64,000 nt of DNA from an uncultured virus (IMG/VR IMGVR_UViG_2788500088_000017) (Duplodnaviria; Heunggongvirae; Uroviricota; Caudoviricetes). The stretch lies in IMG/VR virus record IMGVR_UViG_2788500088_000017. One strand, 5' to 3'. Shown here piece by piece: positions 40,752 through 50,569 of this stretch (within the stretch, counting starts at the first letter, position 1; each line of letters begins with the position of its first letter). Made by a program: the position numbers and the translations under genes. The notes below the pieces were generated by a model that saw only the letters and a list, made by a program, of their open reading frames with translations, was not told the DNA's origin and made no database searches.

Positions 40752-41366
40752 TCACCATCCTATGTGGTATTCCTCAACGATGCCTGTTTCTTCGTTCCGT
40801 CCTTTGACGAAACCTTCATTCCTACCGTGTAGGAACAGGTCATAGTTGAGTTGGCAATCTGCGATGCAATACTTGATGACTTCCGCATGTCGGCCCTCTT
40901 TCCAAGCCAGCGGCGCGTCTGTTGAAGTCATGATTTCTTTCCCTTTACCCAGCGTATGCTTGCACAGCGAATCAAGGTGATGGCTTTTACCGGTCGCGCT
41001 TCTTACAGACCACGATGTGTCAATAACACTTCCTTGCCCTTTCAACGCCTTACTCAAGAGGACGCCAGCATAGTGCATGTCAAGCGCGTCTCGGAGAACG
41101 GGGAGGTCAAAGCCTCGGATGTTGTGTCCAATGATGGTGCCTCCCTCGTCAACATGCTTTTTGAGGTGAAGTCCAAGGTTGCGAGGATGAAGAGGGTGCA
41201 TGTGCGCGTCTGCTACAATTACACCGTCGGCCTTGGAGAAGACATGTGCTTCTTCACCGTCCCATGTCGCAACGACAGTCGGCTCAAACATGTGGGTGTT
41301 GCCCCATCCTCCGACCTCGTGAGAGTAGTTGGCCGTCTCAATGTCAATCGCCATGATTTTGCTCAT
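40752..41366 (-). CDS. DEDD-family 3'-5' exonuclease (RNase H-like)
   Basis: AIDIET, GHNIRGFD, YCIAD = Exo I/II/III. Confidence 0.85.
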   Translation of the reverse strand: MSKIMAIDIETANYSHEVGGWGNTHMFEPTVVATWDGEEAHVFSKADGVIVADAHMHPLHPRNLGLHLKKHVDEGGTIIGHNIRGFDLPVLRDALDMHYAGVLLSKALKGQGSVIDTSWSVRSATGKSHHLDSLCKHTLGKGKEIMTSTDAPLAWKEGRHAEVIKYCIADCQLNYDLFLHGRNEGFVKGRNEETGIVEEYHIGW

Positions 41367-41911
41367 GCGCTCACCTCCGGCCACATCTCAATCAATGTTT
41401 CTCCCGCGTAGCCACGCTTCATGTGGATAGCCGCGGCAGGGAACCCGAAGGGGAATCCGCACTTGCTTGCGCCAATGACTCGCATGGAGACGATGCCGCC
41501 ATAGTCAAGAACCATGTTGATGCGCTTTAGGCTGGACACCAATTTTGCTATTGGTATGAGAAGGCAGACATTGTCAGCCACCTCAAGACACTTCTCCAAA
41601 AATTGCGGGAAAATGCTGTAAGGCGGGTTGGTGATAATCCAATCAATGTGAGGACTACGGCTCACATCCCAATCAAAGAAGTTCAAGCCTTCTGTGATTT
41701 CCATGCGCCTCCTCCCAAGGATGTGTTTTGGGTATTGGTCAAAGAATGCACCATCGCCAGCACATGGGTCAAGCACTCGCTCATGAGATTGAATGTCGTA
41801 AAAATCAATCATCTCCTTGGCGATGTGCCGAGGAGTCATGATGACATCGTTGGGTTTGAGGTCGGGGTTCGCGTCCTTGTTGCCGCTACCGAAGTTGTCA
41901 TGAAGACTCAT
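41363..41911 (-). CDS. DNA amino-methyltransferase (probably N6-adenine), orphan
   Basis: MTP, LDPCAGDGAF SAM motif, ITNPPY catalytic motif. Confidence 0.88.
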   Translation of the reverse strand: MSLHDNFGSGNKDANPDLKPNDVIMTPRHIAKEMIDFYDIQSHERVLDPCAGDGAFFDQYPKHILGRRRMEITEGLNFFDWDVSRSPHIDWIITNPPYSIFPQFLEKCLEVADNVCLLIPIAKLVSSLKRINMVLDYGGIVSMRVIGASKCGFPFGFPAAAIHMKRGYAGETLIEMWPEVSA

Positions 41912-43353
41912 TGAGATTCCTCCTTGAACTGCACATACTTGGCACTACCAACACGCGCGTTGCGGAACAATTTTTGCTCCTCGGAGAACTTGCGGTAGAC
42001 GGTTGGTCGGCTGTATCCATTTTGACTTGCGTAGCGGTCAAACATGTCGGACTTGAGAACCCATCCGTCGCCCTTGCCTTCAATAAACACAGTCTTGCAA
42101 GACTTGATGGCGTTCGCCCACTTGCCCTTACGCGCAATTTTCTCGGTTGTCTTGGCACCAACTTCAACCTCGGACTCAAGCCAAAGAACAAGTTGCTCGT
42201 AGATGTCGTAAAGGATTTCAGTTGCCATTTCAACATCGTCACCGGTGACCTTCCACTCTCCGTCAAAGGGGATGCCGTCTCGCTCAACCCTCATGAGAGC
42301 AAGATGGACAGCAAACAGCACGGTGTAGTTGAGGACATTCGGGATGAACGAACAGACGACATCGGACAAGTGCTTGTCCATACCGCGAACGAGGGTATAG
42401 TATTCATCCACCGAGGACATGAGTTGGGGGTGGACCGATGCGTCAATTTGAAACATGTCATACATGACTTCTCGCGCAACAATCTCCTTCTGTGCAGGGT
42501 TAAAACCATCCCAATCCTGTCGGCTCAAGTTGGCAAGGTGCAACACGCGCAATTCTGTTTTCTCACGAATGTTCACGAAGTGTTTAGCGATGTCTTCAAG
42601 GCTCATCACATTCTCCAACTTGTTCTTAAACACACCTTCCATGCGTTGCTCGGAGACCGTCTGTCGCATGTCATCGCTCCACGGTCGGTAGAGCAAGAGG
42701 ACACGCTGGAACAGACCTTTGGTGAGGACATATTCCTTGACGCCTGCTGGCGGGAAGGATGTAATCCACAACGAAACGCGGGATTCTGTTTCCACTTTGC
42801 CGTTCTTCATGTGTTTGGTCAAGGTGTTGCTGTGGCTCCCGACGGTGTTCATGGCTTGTTGTAGGTAGAGGATAACCTCGGAGAAGAATTGCTTCGGGTT
42901 GGGTTGAAGCAGGATTGAACCTTCATCAAAGTTCAAACACTTCTTACCACCGAGCAGTCCTTCCTTCTCCACGGTTTCGTATCCACCTTCACCGTCGCTA
43001 ACCGAGTCAATTGACCCGATGAGCGCGCTGTCGGTTCCGCTGGTGAACATATCAATGTTCAATCCAGCCAATTTTGCTACTTCGCCTGTGAATTCCCATG
43101 CGATTGTCTTTCCCGAACGCGTTGCTTGAATCCAAAACACATGGATTCGGGGGTCAAGTGCGCTCGCCCATACGGGTATGCGGACATGGTCCACAAGGGC
43201 TTGACCTTGAAGGTAGAAAAACGAAATCAATCCGGGGACTTCGTTGTAAAACGAAGTTGTATTGAATCGTTCAAGGTATTCCTTCAACATCGGGTATTTT
43301 TTCACGGCGGTATATTGGGTCCATTTTCTTTGGGGCATATTTTTTCTCTCCAT
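41908..43353 (-). CDS. MCM-like AAA+ replicative helicase (no N-terminal OB/Zn domain)
   Basis: Walker A TRSGKT, SALIGS, EGLLG, Walker B NFDEG, LQQAMN, FQR arginine finger, VTGDDVEMA; C-terminal HTH-like GYSRPTVYR. Confidence 0.7.
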   Translation of the reverse strand: MERKNMPQRKWTQYTAVKKYPMLKEYLERFNTTSFYNEVPGLISFFYLQGQALVDHVRIPVWASALDPRIHVFWIQATRSGKTIAWEFTGEVAKLAGLNIDMFTSGTDSALIGSIDSVSDGEGGYETVEKEGLLGGKKCLNFDEGSILLQPNPKQFFSEVILYLQQAMNTVGSHSNTLTKHMKNGKVETESRVSLWITSFPPAGVKEYVLTKGLFQRVLLLYRPWSDDMRQTVSEQRMEGVFKNKLENVMSLEDIAKHFVNIREKTELRVLHLANLSRQDWDGFNPAQKEIVAREVMYDMFQIDASVHPQLMSSVDEYYTLVRGMDKHLSDVVCSFIPNVLNYTVLFAVHLALMRVERDGIPFDGEWKVTGDDVEMATEILYDIYEQLVLWLESEVEVGAKTTEKIARKGKWANAIKSCKTVFIEGKGDGWVLKSDMFDRYASQNGYSRPTVYRKFSEEQKLFRNARVGSAKYVQFKEESQ

Positions 43354-43441
43354 TGGGGGGTCGGCAACTCTTTGGGTATGGTGGTCGCCATATAACCATT
43401 TCTCAAAATCTCAATTCTCACTATCTTGTAATAGAGAATTA

Positions 43442-44134
43442 TTATCGTCGTTCAACGCGAACTTCCTCTTCGCTTGTGAGAACATCAACGACTCGGTTTC
43501 GCAAGACCTTGCCCATACGCGGGACATCTCGCAGGCACTCTCCACATGCGGCTTCTTCAATTGAGCCACATGCTTTGAGGATGGCTTCGGACATTTCGGG
43601 TCCGATGCCGGGAATAGTAAGTAGAATATCTGCGCGCACATCATTTGTTGAAACGCGACGAACGGCCTGTGCGCCATGCCGACTCGCTTTTTTGTAGGTC
43701 TTCTCATGTAGCGCGACCATGAACGCCGCCGCTTCACTCGCATTGGGTGCGCGGTAGATAAGGCAACCAAAATCAGCCACGACACGACCAAGGAATCCTG
43801 TCATCTGTTTGAGGGCTTGACTTGCTGTAATAGTAGAGCCACGCTCGCGCGCTCGGTGAATATGTCCAGCGATGTCGCCCCATATCACCAAGCCGTAGTT
43901 GCCGTCATTGGCATCCATGTTGTCTAACTGTCGCATTAAGTGGCCGCTTCTCATGGACGAGAATAGGTCATCAATGCTCTTTGCTTCAATGAGCCATTCG
44001 CCGCATTTGTAATCGCCATTGACAAGGTTCTGTCGCTGAACATCAATACGAGGGGAGCGTGATTTAGCGCGACGCTCAAGTGCCGATACAAGTGAGCCAC
44101 GCTCATTGCTATCAATAATGAGTGGTGGCTTCAT
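43442..44134 (-). CDS. ERCC4/XPF-family structure-specific nuclease with HhH
   Basis: IIDSNE, GDY, IEAKSIDDL..S, IPGIG and VPRMG HhH. Confidence 0.88.
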   Translation of the reverse strand: MKPPLIIDSNERGSLVSALERRAKSRSPRIDVQRQNLVNGDYKCGEWLIEAKSIDDLFSSMRSGHLMRQLDNMDANDGNYGLVIWGDIAGHIHRARERGSTITASQALKQMTGFLGRVVADFGCLIYRAPNASEAAAFMVALHEKTYKKASRHGAQAVRRVSTNDVRADILLTIPGIGPEMSEAILKACGSIEEAACGECLRDVPRMGKVLRNRVVDVLTSEEEVRVERR

Positions 44135-44364
44135 GATTGGCACCCCGCATGTGTAGGAATTTTTGAAGTGCGTCTGTATTCCCTGCATTTTTGGCTGACC
44201 CTTCTGTATTCAACATATCCTTTTTCTCTCAACTTGGTGAGAAGACGCACGATTTTGTGGTGAGACATGTTGCGTAGCGTCTCACTCGGCTTGCACAATT
44301 GAGAGCGCGTTCTCCAAATTTCGTCAAGGTTCAGTAGCAGTTCGTATTCCCAATCTTCCGTCAT
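44131..44364 (-). CDS. Winged-HTH protein
   Basis: IVRLLTKLREKGYVE pattern. Confidence 0.55.
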   Translation of the reverse strand: MTEDWEYELLLNLDEIWRTRSQLCKPSETLRNMSHHKIVRLLTKLREKGYVEYRRVSQKCREYRRTSKIPTHAGCQS

Positions 44365-45449
44365 TGAATCACCTCATGTTCTCCGGTCCCATCCCACAGT
44401 TGACAACGCCCGACGCAGAGTCCCTTACCAATGAGGCTTTCGCATCGTTCCATGTAGCCTCCATCAACGATGGAACGGATTTGATATTCAGTCACGCCGG
44501 GGTCGTAGTCAGCCCATTGAAGGGTCTTGATGAAATCGTGGAGCGTATGAACATGCTTCTCTCGCATCTGCACGGTGGTCCTTTGAACAGGCAGGAAGTT
44601 GCGTAATCGCGAAGCAAGGTAAATAGCAAGACTCGCGCGGCTTATGTGCGGAGGGTTGCTTCCTACTTGACATGCGGATTCCATGAGGCATGGTAGGATT
44701 TTGATACGCCCCATAGTCACGGTCTCAAAGTCAACAGGGTCTCCCGTCACCTTGAATTGTGTTTCGCGCACTTTTTTCACGGGAAGGTGAACTCCCTTCT
44801 CGCCGTAGTAGTAAGAGGTGTTGCGCGGTTGTTGAGCAATCTCGCAAATCTCATCCCATGACAAAGTAAGCAACTCATTACTTTCAAGTGGTATGCTCCA
44901 ACGACCGACATGTTGCTTGGCGTTGTAGGAGTTGGGGATGCGAATCATACGCGCGGTGTCAAATGGCACCGTCGGGTCCATGCAGTAGAGTTCCATGCTC
45001 TTCTTCCACTCGTTGATGACCTTCTTCCCTGCCGCTTTGATGTGTGAGACCTGCGTTCCGCTGGATGGCAAATGCGTTTTGTCAAGCGCAATCCAAATGT
45101 GAAAGCCGTTGCCGCTGAACCAAACACCGTGGCTTATGTCATTTTCAAGCAGGCTCGTATGCAGACGGCGAACTTGCTCAACGACTTCATCGCCGTCAAC
45201 CTCCACCATGTTGCTTCCCTTGCGATACTTCTTGTCAAAGTCCAGCACGAAATTCTTGATGATGGCTGTGTTGTATTCCGCGCGGCGACCGTTTGGCTTG
45301 ACTGCTCGGAAACCGTAGACGGACATGTAGGCACATTGAGCATTCTCAAGACTCTTCCAGTAGCGTTCAAACCCCGCGTTGTCATGAATGATTTTTCGGA
45401 ACAGGCCGACTTCTTTTGGAAAATCAAAGTGAAGTGGATTCATGGTCAA
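44361..45449 (-). CDS. Archaeo-eukaryotic primase, PriS fused to PriL-like Fe-S domain
   Basis: VLDFD, FSGNGFHIW, D.ARMIRIPNSYN; C-terminal LPC..HISR..YQI..C....C.G.C. Confidence 0.85.
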   Translation of the reverse strand: MTMNPLHFDFPKEVGLFRKIIHDNAGFERYWKSLENAQCAYMSVYGFRAVKPNGRRAEYNTAIIKNFVLDFDKKYRKGSNMVEVDGDEVVEQVRRLHTSLLENDISHGVWFSGNGFHIWIALDKTHLPSSGTQVSHIKAAGKKVINEWKKSMELYCMDPTVPFDTARMIRIPNSYNAKQHVGRWSIPLESNELLTLSWDEICEIAQQPRNTSYYYGEKGVHLPVKKVRETQFKVTGDPVDFETVTMGRIKILPCLMESACQVGSNPPHISRASLAIYLASRLRNFLPVQRTTVQMREKHVHTLHDFIKTLQWADYDPGVTEYQIRSIVDGGYMERCESLIGKGLCVGRCQLWDGTGEHEVIQ

Positions 45450-45597
45450 ACCTCATTTCAGTAGTAATAGCGGACTCAATCAATTTATCAATGCAAGCAT
45501 AGCAAACCGTGTGTTTTGAGTGCTTCAACCCGCTAAGGCATTTCCTGTCGCAAAGTTCGCACACACTCCCATCCCATTTACCCGTTCCACCAATCAT
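45424..45597 (-). CDS. 57-aa zinc-finger protein (absent from ORF track)
   Basis: ATG overlaps upstream stop; CELC...CYAC. Confidence 0.55.
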   Translation of the reverse strand: MIGGTGKWDGSVCELCDRKCLSGLKHSKHTVCYACIDKLIESAITTEMRFDHESTSL

Positions 45598-46520
45598 TCG
45601 CTCACCTGTATTGCATATTTTGGACAGAGTTCAAGGTAGTCGCAGTAGGAGCATGGGGAGAACTTGGGGTTTTCCTGTGCGATAGGAAAGTGGTTCTCAA
45701 GATACATTTTGATGAGTTTTTTTACGCGCGTCATCATAGAGCGTTCGCTGACGGTCTTGCTTTTCTCCGTATGCCAATGGTCTGCGGCGGAGTATCGCCA
45801 ACCCCAATGCGTAATAGGGCGTTCAAGTCCAAGTTCCGCGCGGTAGTCAGCATCGCATTGCTCAATCAAAAATTTGTAGAAAGCCATTTCTTTTCTCATG
45901 TCCGCTGTTTTCCAATTATTCCATTTACCGGTCTTCAACTCGTAGAGCATGAGTCCTCCACCATCGGGTGCGTTGAACACACGGTCAATGATGCCAACGA
46001 ATTGAACAGGAACCGTGCCGTATCCCTCAATGTCCATCTCAACGCGCACTTCAACGCGCACTTCATTGGCAACCGGTAGAGGATTCTCAGCATCCATTTT
46101 CATTCGCGCGTTTTCAAATTCCATCAACCAGTTCATGTTGTTGTAGTATTCATCGTGGTAGAATGGGAAGTCTTTGTTTTCCGCGCGACGGTTAGCAACA
46201 ATGGTCTTCTCATCGGGTATGCGACTCTTGAGATAAGAGGTGACATCCTCGCCTTTGCGCAAGAGCATTCGGAATCCTTCGGTGACTCCCATTTCCTCCA
46301 TGCCTTGGTAGAGCAAATCCAAGCCATTGTGAACATCATCTCCAACAACGAGGTGTTTTACCAAACCTTGTGGCTTGGGGTAATTCTGTTGCAACCACAT
46401 TTGTTGCGCGCACCACCCAAGCGAACCTGCGGTTGATTTGCTGATGCGAATCACGATACCGTCCTCTCCCATCTCCGGGGTCCATGCATAGGACGAGCCG
46501 TCGTCGTAGATTTTAGTCAT
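45594..46520 (-). CDS. Cas4/AddB-like PD-(D/E)XK nuclease
   Basis: N-terminal C, G..VH, E, GIIDRV, YELKTG, C-terminal CSYC.....C (1+3 Cys Fe-S pattern). Confidence 0.85.
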   Translation of the reverse strand: MTKIYDDGSSYAWTPEMGEDGIVIRISKSTAGSLGWCAQQMWLQQNYPKPQGLVKHLVVGDDVHNGLDLLYQGMEEMGVTEGFRMLLRKGEDVTSYLKSRIPDEKTIVANRRAENKDFPFYHDEYYNNMNWLMEFENARMKMDAENPLPVANEVRVEVRVEMDIEGYGTVPVQFVGIIDRVFNAPDGGGLMLYELKTGKWNNWKTADMRKEMAFYKFLIEQCDADYRAELGLERPITHWGWRYSAADHWHTEKSKTVSERSMMTRVKKLIKMYLENHFPIAQENPKFSPCSYCDYLELCPKYAIQVSE

Positions 46521-46849
46521 TGAAATGCTCTCCCATCTCCTTTCTCTCGGCTGATTTCGCTGTTCATCCTTTTCAGCGCAACTTGCTTTGAACGCTTCAT
46601 GGAATCAGTATCTACCATGTAAAGTTCTTCATCAAGTTCGGGCGTCTCAATCGTGACAATGCAAGCAGACGGGACGAGAATGTAGTTCACCGTTTTCGGA
46701 AAACGCTTATTCGCCTCATGCATCGGCTTCGTTGTCTTCACTCCGATGTAGTCGCCAAACATAGCATCGCCAAAGAACAACTCACCAATCACCGAGCGAA
46801 TTTGCTTGGTGCCGGTTTCAAAGTAGTGGATGGTTGCTTTCATTCCCAC
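46517..46849 (-). CDS. Hypothetical protein
   Basis: Coupled ORF in operon. Confidence 0.5.
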   Translation of the reverse strand: MGMKATIHYFETGTKQIRSVIGELFFGDAMFGDYIGVKTTKPMHEANKRFPKTVNYILVPSACIVTIETPELDEELYMVDTDSMKRSKQVALKRMNSEISREKGDGRAFQ

Positions 46850-47142
46850 GCCCCCGTTTTCGGGTTGAACTTCTTCTCAAACCCCGGATGGGGATGAGGG
46901 ATGCGCGTGCGCTCCTTCCACTCTTTGTCGGTCATGGCGTAGTGGTGTTCGGGGCGGAGTGGCTTGCGTCCCGCAACAGCGTCTTCGGGGAAGCGTTTGT
47001 TCCATGCGGCAATGATTGCCTCAACCTTGTTCGCCATGTTCAAGGCATGGTCAAGGTCGTCGTTTGTTTGGTTCAAAAGGTCTTCAAGTTCGGAAACTTT
47101 CTCTTCAAGTTCTGTAATTCTTTCTTCGTTTTTGTTGGTCAT
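46840..47142 (-). CDS. Hypothetical coiled-coil protein
   Basis: ATG after GGTGA SD; ERITELEEKVSELEDLL. Confidence 0.55.
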   Translation of the reverse strand: MTNKNEERITELEEKVSELEDLLNQTNDDLDHALNMANKVEAIIAAWNKRFPEDAVAGRKPLRPEHHYAMTDKEWKERTRIPHPHPGFEKKFNPKTGAWE

Positions 47143-47146
47143 GTTA

Positions 47147-49525
47147 TCACCAGTAGGTTGCGGGTCGGGGTTCTCCCATTGCGGCTTCAAGGTCCCAACC
47201 CAAGACCTTGAAAATTGGTTGCAGTTTCTTTTCCACCAATTTCTTGATGGTGGCCTTGATGTCAATCTCAAAGCCTTCAAGTTCACTCACATCCCTCCAT
47301 GTCGCATACTTCGTCGGAGGGAGTCCCGACGGAGGATGAGACACATAGACATACGGCACGCTGTCTCCAACGGAGAAAGCCTCGCCGTCCATGTGAGTGT
47401 TGTAGTAGAGCGCGGCTTGGCCTGCGGCAGTCCTGTTTGAAAGAACGCCGATGCGCGTTGACTGCGTGATGTCCTTCATTTCAAATTCACCACGCCTCAA
47501 AGGAGCGACCATGTTGAGAACAGTCTCGCGCACTTTGGATTCATTCCCACCCTTGCAAATAAGAGCAAGGGCTTCTCGCTCGCTTTTTTTGCTGATGGGT
47601 GCAAGGTTGCTCCCCTTCATGAATCGCGCACTTTTCCATTTGCCTTTGTCGGCTTCGGGATACGAAACGATGCCAGCGTAGAGATTCTTTCCAGCGAACA
47701 GCCAGTAGGGGATGTAAGCCTCAAGTTCAGCCACCAACGATGTGTTGCCCGTTTGTTCTTGGACAACATCGGTGATACGCGCGGCCAAGGTTTCAGCATC
47801 CTCAAGCGGCACTTGAATGAAAGCAGAGTCGGTGAAACCGTAAAGGACATTGTAGCCCATGTTGGTCGCCACCGAGTCAAGAAGTGAAATGCATCGCCGT
47901 CCTTCGGAGAGGATGGTCTCGGCGATGTCCATGTCAGCCCAACCGTAGCCAGCGTGCGCCGTCATTCCGTATAGTGACGCCATGACACGCTTGACTGCTG
48001 ATTGGGTGGTGTTCCATGCGGCGCGTTCTTCTTTGGTTTCGGCATCGCGCATGTTCTTTTTGCAGACATCGCGATAGTCAAAGAGATAGTCAACGATTTG
48101 AGGGAGGACGCCCTTCTCGGATTGGTCCCAATAAGTGCCGTTCTCCAACTTGATGATGTTCTCGCCGGGGCCGAATCGCTTCGTTTCCCACGACAGATTG
48201 AACCCGGTCATGAGAGAAGGATAGAGTCCTTTGTAGTCAATGACGGCGACATCCTTGTAGAGACCCGGCTCTTTCAAAATGAATTCAGCACCTTGTAGGT
48301 CGCGTCGCTCGGCTTGATACCGAGAAGGTGCCTTCTTCTTCGTCCTGCGTGAAATCAAACCGCGCGCAAAGTTTGTGACATTCGCCACGGACTTGAGTCC
48401 AACGCCAGTCAAGCGCACCATTTCAATGAAGAAGTCGGTGACATTGCGAGCCTCGTCAATGCCTCGTAGAAGAACGGTGTCAAGCAAACAGTAGTCCACG
48501 AACTCTTCCCAATAATCATACCACCCGTTGTGAACGGTCATACCTTCAATCTCCTCGGTCAACTTGGAGCCGAGGCCGAGCGTTTCTGCGATAGTATTCA
48601 ACTTGAGGTTGGGTAGTTGACCACCACCGCTGTCCTTCCAAACGCGCTCAAAGCCGGTGCCACTTCCTTCGGGTGCCGCGGTATCAAATTGCCAGCGTCC
48701 TGCAATGGGCTGGTCGTCGTATCGGTAGCGTTTCCCTTTCTTCGGCTTACGGATAATGCCGAGCGGACTCAACTTGGAAGAGCCGACGCCCACGCCGTAG
48801 ATGTGGTCAAGGCGTTCAATCATGTGGGGTATGTCAAAGAAGGTTCCCGCGTGAGCAATCATCATGTCGGGGTTGCGTTGGTTGAGGAAATCAATGAAGT
48901 TATTATACAACTTCTCTTCGCTTGAGAAAAGTCTCAATTTGTATTCAACATCGCGCACCTTTCTTTTTCCAGCAAGCATATCAATTTTGCTCAATCGCTC
49001 ATAGGTGATTCGCTTTTGACCTTCGGGGTGGTTGAAGTAAGGACAATTGGTTCGCTCATCAGCCCATGCAAAGACAACGGGTGTGTCAAGGTCGGAGTCA
49101 ATGACGGCGATGACGGTTGTGAATTTGTCATCACCGGTGTTGCACTCAATGTCATACCACCACTTGCGCGGCTCCCACTTCGGCATCGCCGGGAAGGAGT
49201 CAATGAGATACTGGTCTACGACATCAACATCTGCTTCGTAGGTGCGAGAGAACATGTTGCGCATACCGTAGAGGTCCCACGGATTGTTCGCGTAAACTTT
49301 CCAAAGAGGCGTTTTGTCAATCGCTTCGTAGGTCTCTCCGTAGTCAATTGAAGAAGCAGGATACGCGCGGAGCATGTGCTTAATTCGGGACTCGGCTGTG
49401 CCGACAGGGATGAACATGTAAGGTCGCCAAGTCAGCGACTTCTGCTCAATTAGCATGCCGTTCTTTCGGTATCGGCAGTAGAGTGTGGGTGGTGCGTCGT
49501 CGTGGTAGATGGCGTCAACAATCAT
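47147..49525 (-). CDS. polB: Family B DNA polymerase
   Basis: Exo YDIEC, FFDIP, YCLLD; polymerase DYKGLYPS, KRVMASLYG, YGFTDS, KNLYAG. Confidence 0.93.
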   Translation of the reverse strand: MIVDAIYHDDAPPTLYCRYRKNGMLIEQKSLTWRPYMFIPVGTAESRIKHMLRAYPASSIDYGETYEAIDKTPLWKVYANNPWDLYGMRNMFSRTYEADVDVVDQYLIDSFPAMPKWEPRKWWYDIECNTGDDKFTTVIAVIDSDLDTPVVFAWADERTNCPYFNHPEGQKRITYERLSKIDMLAGKRKVRDVEYKLRLFSSEEKLYNNFIDFLNQRNPDMMIAHAGTFFDIPHMIERLDHIYGVGVGSSKLSPLGIIRKPKKGKRYRYDDQPIAGRWQFDTAAPEGSGTGFERVWKDSGGGQLPNLKLNTIAETLGLGSKLTEEIEGMTVHNGWYDYWEEFVDYCLLDTVLLRGIDEARNVTDFFIEMVRLTGVGLKSVANVTNFARGLISRRTKKKAPSRYQAERRDLQGAEFILKEPGLYKDVAVIDYKGLYPSLMTGFNLSWETKRFGPGENIIKLENGTYWDQSEKGVLPQIVDYLFDYRDVCKKNMRDAETKEERAAWNTTQSAVKRVMASLYGMTAHAGYGWADMDIAETILSEGRRCISLLDSVATNMGYNVLYGFTDSAFIQVPLEDAETLAARITDVVQEQTGNTSLVAELEAYIPYWLFAGKNLYAGIVSYPEADKGKWKSARFMKGSNLAPISKKSEREALALICKGGNESKVRETVLNMVAPLRRGEFEMKDITQSTRIGVLSNRTAAGQAALYYNTHMDGEAFSVGDSVPYVYVSHPPSGLPPTKYATWRDVSELEGFEIDIKATIKKLVEKKLQPIFKVLGWDLEAAMGEPRPATYW

Positions 49526-49653
49526 TCATCCAACTCCTTCGGCCATGTAACCATGTCGTGACATTCTTTGCACAACTTGTGCAGGTCGTCAGCGGAGTCG
49601 CAGTCTTCGCCGTCGCACATCAAACACTCCGAGTATTTGTCAGCGTCCGTCAT
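49522..49653 (-). CDS. 43-aa zinc-finger peptide (absent from ORF track)
   Basis: ATGA overlaps at both ends; CLMC...CKEC. Confidence 0.55.
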   Translation of the reverse strand: MTDADKYSECLMCDGEDCDSADDLHKLCKECHDMVTWPKELDE

Positions 49654-50417
49654 TGGTCAACCCCCTCTTGGTGTTTGAGGATGAGAAGCGCGTCCGTCTC
49701 ATTGTTGGAAAACACGAGCGCGCTCTTGTCTCCCATGTGGAGTGCGGTCGGACCAGCAGGCATGAGGTTCAACAACTTCGGTATGTGAGGGCCGAAGACC
49801 GTCTCACAATCCGTGCCGTCGGGTGTGTCAACAAAGACTTCACGGCTCATCCGTGCGCCTCGCTTTGAACCAGCGGTGATGGTCATCTCATCGTCCTTCA
49901 AGTGAATGCGGACGGGAGCGTCTTTGCCTGCGACCTTTGTCATGGAGTCCAAACCTCGCGCATCGTCCATCTCAAATGTTCCGTGGACTTGCAATTCCGC
50001 GCGACCCAATTTTGTCCACATGTTCTTTTTGGCATCCTCAATAGCAACATTGGCTCGGTCAAGAGTCTGTGCTGACATGATGTAGTCGGAGGTTGGGGTG
50101 CTGAACTGATTGTCGCCACATTTCAACGAAAGCATGTTTCCAATCTGTCGGATGTGAACTTGGTCATCATCGCATGCTTTGAGAAACGCGCCTACCTTGT
50201 GAACATCGGGGATGTGGATTTTGCCCAGCGTGTAGGCAGAATTGGTCATTACCGCAGAATGGTCAATCGGGATGGACCGTCGGTAGTAGTGCGTTGGTGT
50301 GTCTACTGAACCTGTCATTCTCATGTTGTGAATCTCACATTGTAGGTCGTTGACACCGACGCCGAACCCTACGATTAAACCATGCAGGACTGCTTTGTCA
50401 AAAATGCCTTGTGTCAT
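49650..50417 (-). CDS. Putative PCNA-like sliding clamp
   Basis: 255 aa two-domain alpha/beta periodicity; next to polB, with RFC nearby; sequence divergent. Confidence 0.6.
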   Translation of the reverse strand: MTQGIFDKAVLHGLIVGFGVGVNDLQCEIHNMRMTGSVDTPTHYYRRSIPIDHSAVMTNSAYTLGKIHIPDVHKVGAFLKACDDDQVHIRQIGNMLSLKCGDNQFSTPTSDYIMSAQTLDRANVAIEDAKKNMWTKLGRAELQVHGTFEMDDARGLDSMTKVAGKDAPVRIHLKDDEMTITAGSKRGARMSREVFVDTPDGTDCETVFGPHIPKLLNLMPAGPTALHMGDKSALVFSNNETDALLILKHQEGVDQ

Positions 50418-50569
50418 TGAACCACCTCTTCACCTGTCTTGGCAAAACGAATCGCGCGACACTTGTCGCAAAGCGTGAGAGGTTTATCGTCTCCAACGCA
50501 TTCGTATTGGGGGCTTGCTCCGCAGACGCGGGGGCGTGTTGTGCCTTTGATGTGTATTGTGTCAGTCAT
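50414..50569 (-). CDS. Small Cys-containing protein
   Basis: Coupled ORF; C..C motif. Confidence 0.45.
   Translation of the reverse strand: MTDTIHIKGTTRPRVCGASPQYECVGDDKPLTLCDKCRAIRFAKTGEEVVQ

Noticed and set aside
41911..42864. 317-aa + strand ORF opposite the MCM-like gene (and similar shadows at 17613-18560 and 39551-40255)
   Set aside because: Fully antisense to well-supported genes; no recognisable motifs
45594..46520. Cas4-like gene as evidence of a CRISPR-Cas system
   Set aside because: No repeat-spacer array or other cas genes seen; solo Cas4-like nucleases are common in archaeal viruses
47147..49525. Base-substituted genome pathway to explain the PolB changes
   Set aside because: No recognisable purZ, queuosine-pathway or nucleotide-modifying genes in this window; strong site avoidance argues for largely unmodified DNA
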